Shown here one piece after another: positions 62,852 through 64,000 of a stretch of DNA of 64,000 bases. Position numbers and translations under genes: made by a program. Position 1 is the stretch's first letter; each line of letters begins with the position of its first letter. Location: positions 4,806 to 68,805 of the forward strand of contig ADNK01001514.1 of assembly GCA_000320545.1 (NCBI GenBank). Reading direction: 5' to 3'. The DNA comes from Bigelowiella natans CCMP2755. Lineage: Eukaryota > Protista > Cercozoa. The notes under the pieces were generated by a model, which ran no database searches, was not told where the DNA came from, and worked only from the letters and a program-made list of their open reading frames with translations.

Positions 62852-63582
62852 AGTATTTTACCGATGATACGCACAAGACCAGCACCAGCCTGCATCATTG
62901 CTGCCTTGTCCCCACTGCACATAGAGAGGCTCTATCACGTTCAAGTGGAAGGGGGGGGGTATTTAGTTAGTAACTGGAGTTGGGATGATGGTGACGAGAT
63001 AAATCACTACACTCTCCATTTCAAGCTTGGACTATGACGATGAGAGAAACTACGGCACTCTCCATTGACCCCATTTGTCCTTCGCAGCTTCCCCTTCCCC
63101 TGTTTTTGTCCTCTCCCCCTTCTCTCTGTGGCTGCTCGCCATCATCGTCATCACCATCATCATCATCTTCATCATCATCATCGTAACCCATATCCGAAAA
63201 GGTATCGTCTTCAATTCACGTGGGAGATCCCAAGTACGATTTCAAGCCGCTCGCTGGCATCGAATCAACGGACCCCAACGCCTACGTGGACATCATCGCC
63301 CTAGTGAAAGACTTTGCCCCCTCAAGGAACATCGTCACGAAGCAAGGAAAAGAATTGGTGCGTCTTTCATTAATGTAGGAGGAGGGGGGAGACTCATCGA
63401 GGGCGGGCGGGAGAAACAGCTGAGATACGAGGGAAGAGACGACAAGTAGGAGGGGGTTGGGGGGTGGAGGAGGAGGAGGAGGAGGAGGCAACGTTGAAGA
63501 GTTGTGTGTTTTAATTTAAACTGATGCCATAATTCATTAGAATAAGCGTGAGTTGACTCTAGCGGACGATAGTGGTTGTCAG
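60494..63582 (+). CDS. RPA1: Replication protein A 70-kDa subunit with ~110-aa N-terminal signal/LRGG extension; incomplete at the 3' end
   Basis: N-terminal OB domain PVVQIVEMKK..DRYFLTLSDG..AMLATDLNPLV. DBD-A LSPYVAKWKITAKVT..WNKPTGSGKLFS..DAEGGEIRCTFFNEAVDKFY..LKTANKAYSSLKNDYEI. Start of DBD-B to NKRELTLADDSG. Confidence 0.92.
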
Positions 63583-63598
63583 GTAGAGTATTCTTTAC

Positions 63599-63601
<3 letters not shown>

Positions 63602-63683
<82 letters not shown>

Positions 63684-63735
63684 CGCTCGCGCGCGCGCGC
63701 GCGCGCGCGCGCGCGCGCGCGCGCGCGCGCGCGCG
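63602..63735. repeat. Compound (TA)~40 + (CG)~24 alternating purine-pyrimidine tract
   Basis: Direct reading: TA run 63602-63682, CG run 63688-63735. Confidence 0.9.
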
Positions 63736-64000
63736 AAGAAATGCGCTGGGATGTTTTCTCGTAAGACTTTTTCGTATCCGGTACTCAAAACTTGAATCTT
63801 CTTTTGGGTATTTGGGTGTACCCACTTCTTACAGATTCCCCAGAAAAATGGGAACAATCTCGGTGCATTGACGATATAAAGTTTGCCTGAGAGGGATATT
63901 TGGTGAGTCAGAATTTCAATGAGATCGCAATTCAATCTCTTACCCATGGTCTCTGGGTAGTATTGTTCATCAATCTTCGCACACTTTTGAATAAAGGCAA
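63736..64000 (-). CDS. Sec14/CRAL-TRIO lipid-binding domain fragment (two exons)
   Basis: AFIQKCAKIDEQYYPETMG|KLYIVNAPRLFPFFWGICKKWVHPNTQKKIQVL..LRENIPAHF matches the CRAL-TRIO YPE..INAP..W..T..KI motif. GT-AG intron at ~63887-63943. Confidence 0.85.

Overview
Intron-rich eukaryotic nuclear DNA from an alga with a secondary plastid, most likely a chlorarachniophyte. This is inferred from an Lhcz-type antenna protein and an RPA1, both with signal-peptide-led N-terminal extensions. Genes in order: LRR protein (-, runs off the left edge), CCHC zinc-finger protein (+), class-3 lipase (-), intronless orphan ORF (+), RMT2 arginine methyltransferase (+), Sec7-PH-FYVE ARF-GEF-like protein (-), Lhcz (+), sacsin/DUF3684-like GHKL ATPase with HExxH (-), intronless CCCH-SAM protein (+), ULK4/RUNKEL kinase (-), probably periplastid/nucleomorph-targeted RPA1 (+) and a Sec14/CRAL-TRIO fragment (-). 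The most striking signal is non-coding: intergenic islands from which TpA is missing while CpA/TpG are abundant and CTAG survives. One run of about 700 bp has no TpA at all. This suggests a localised, context-specific A-to-G hypermutation, opposite in direction to fungal RIP. A young, TpA-intact MITE abuts one island. Exon structures were read by eye, so gene ends are approximate.
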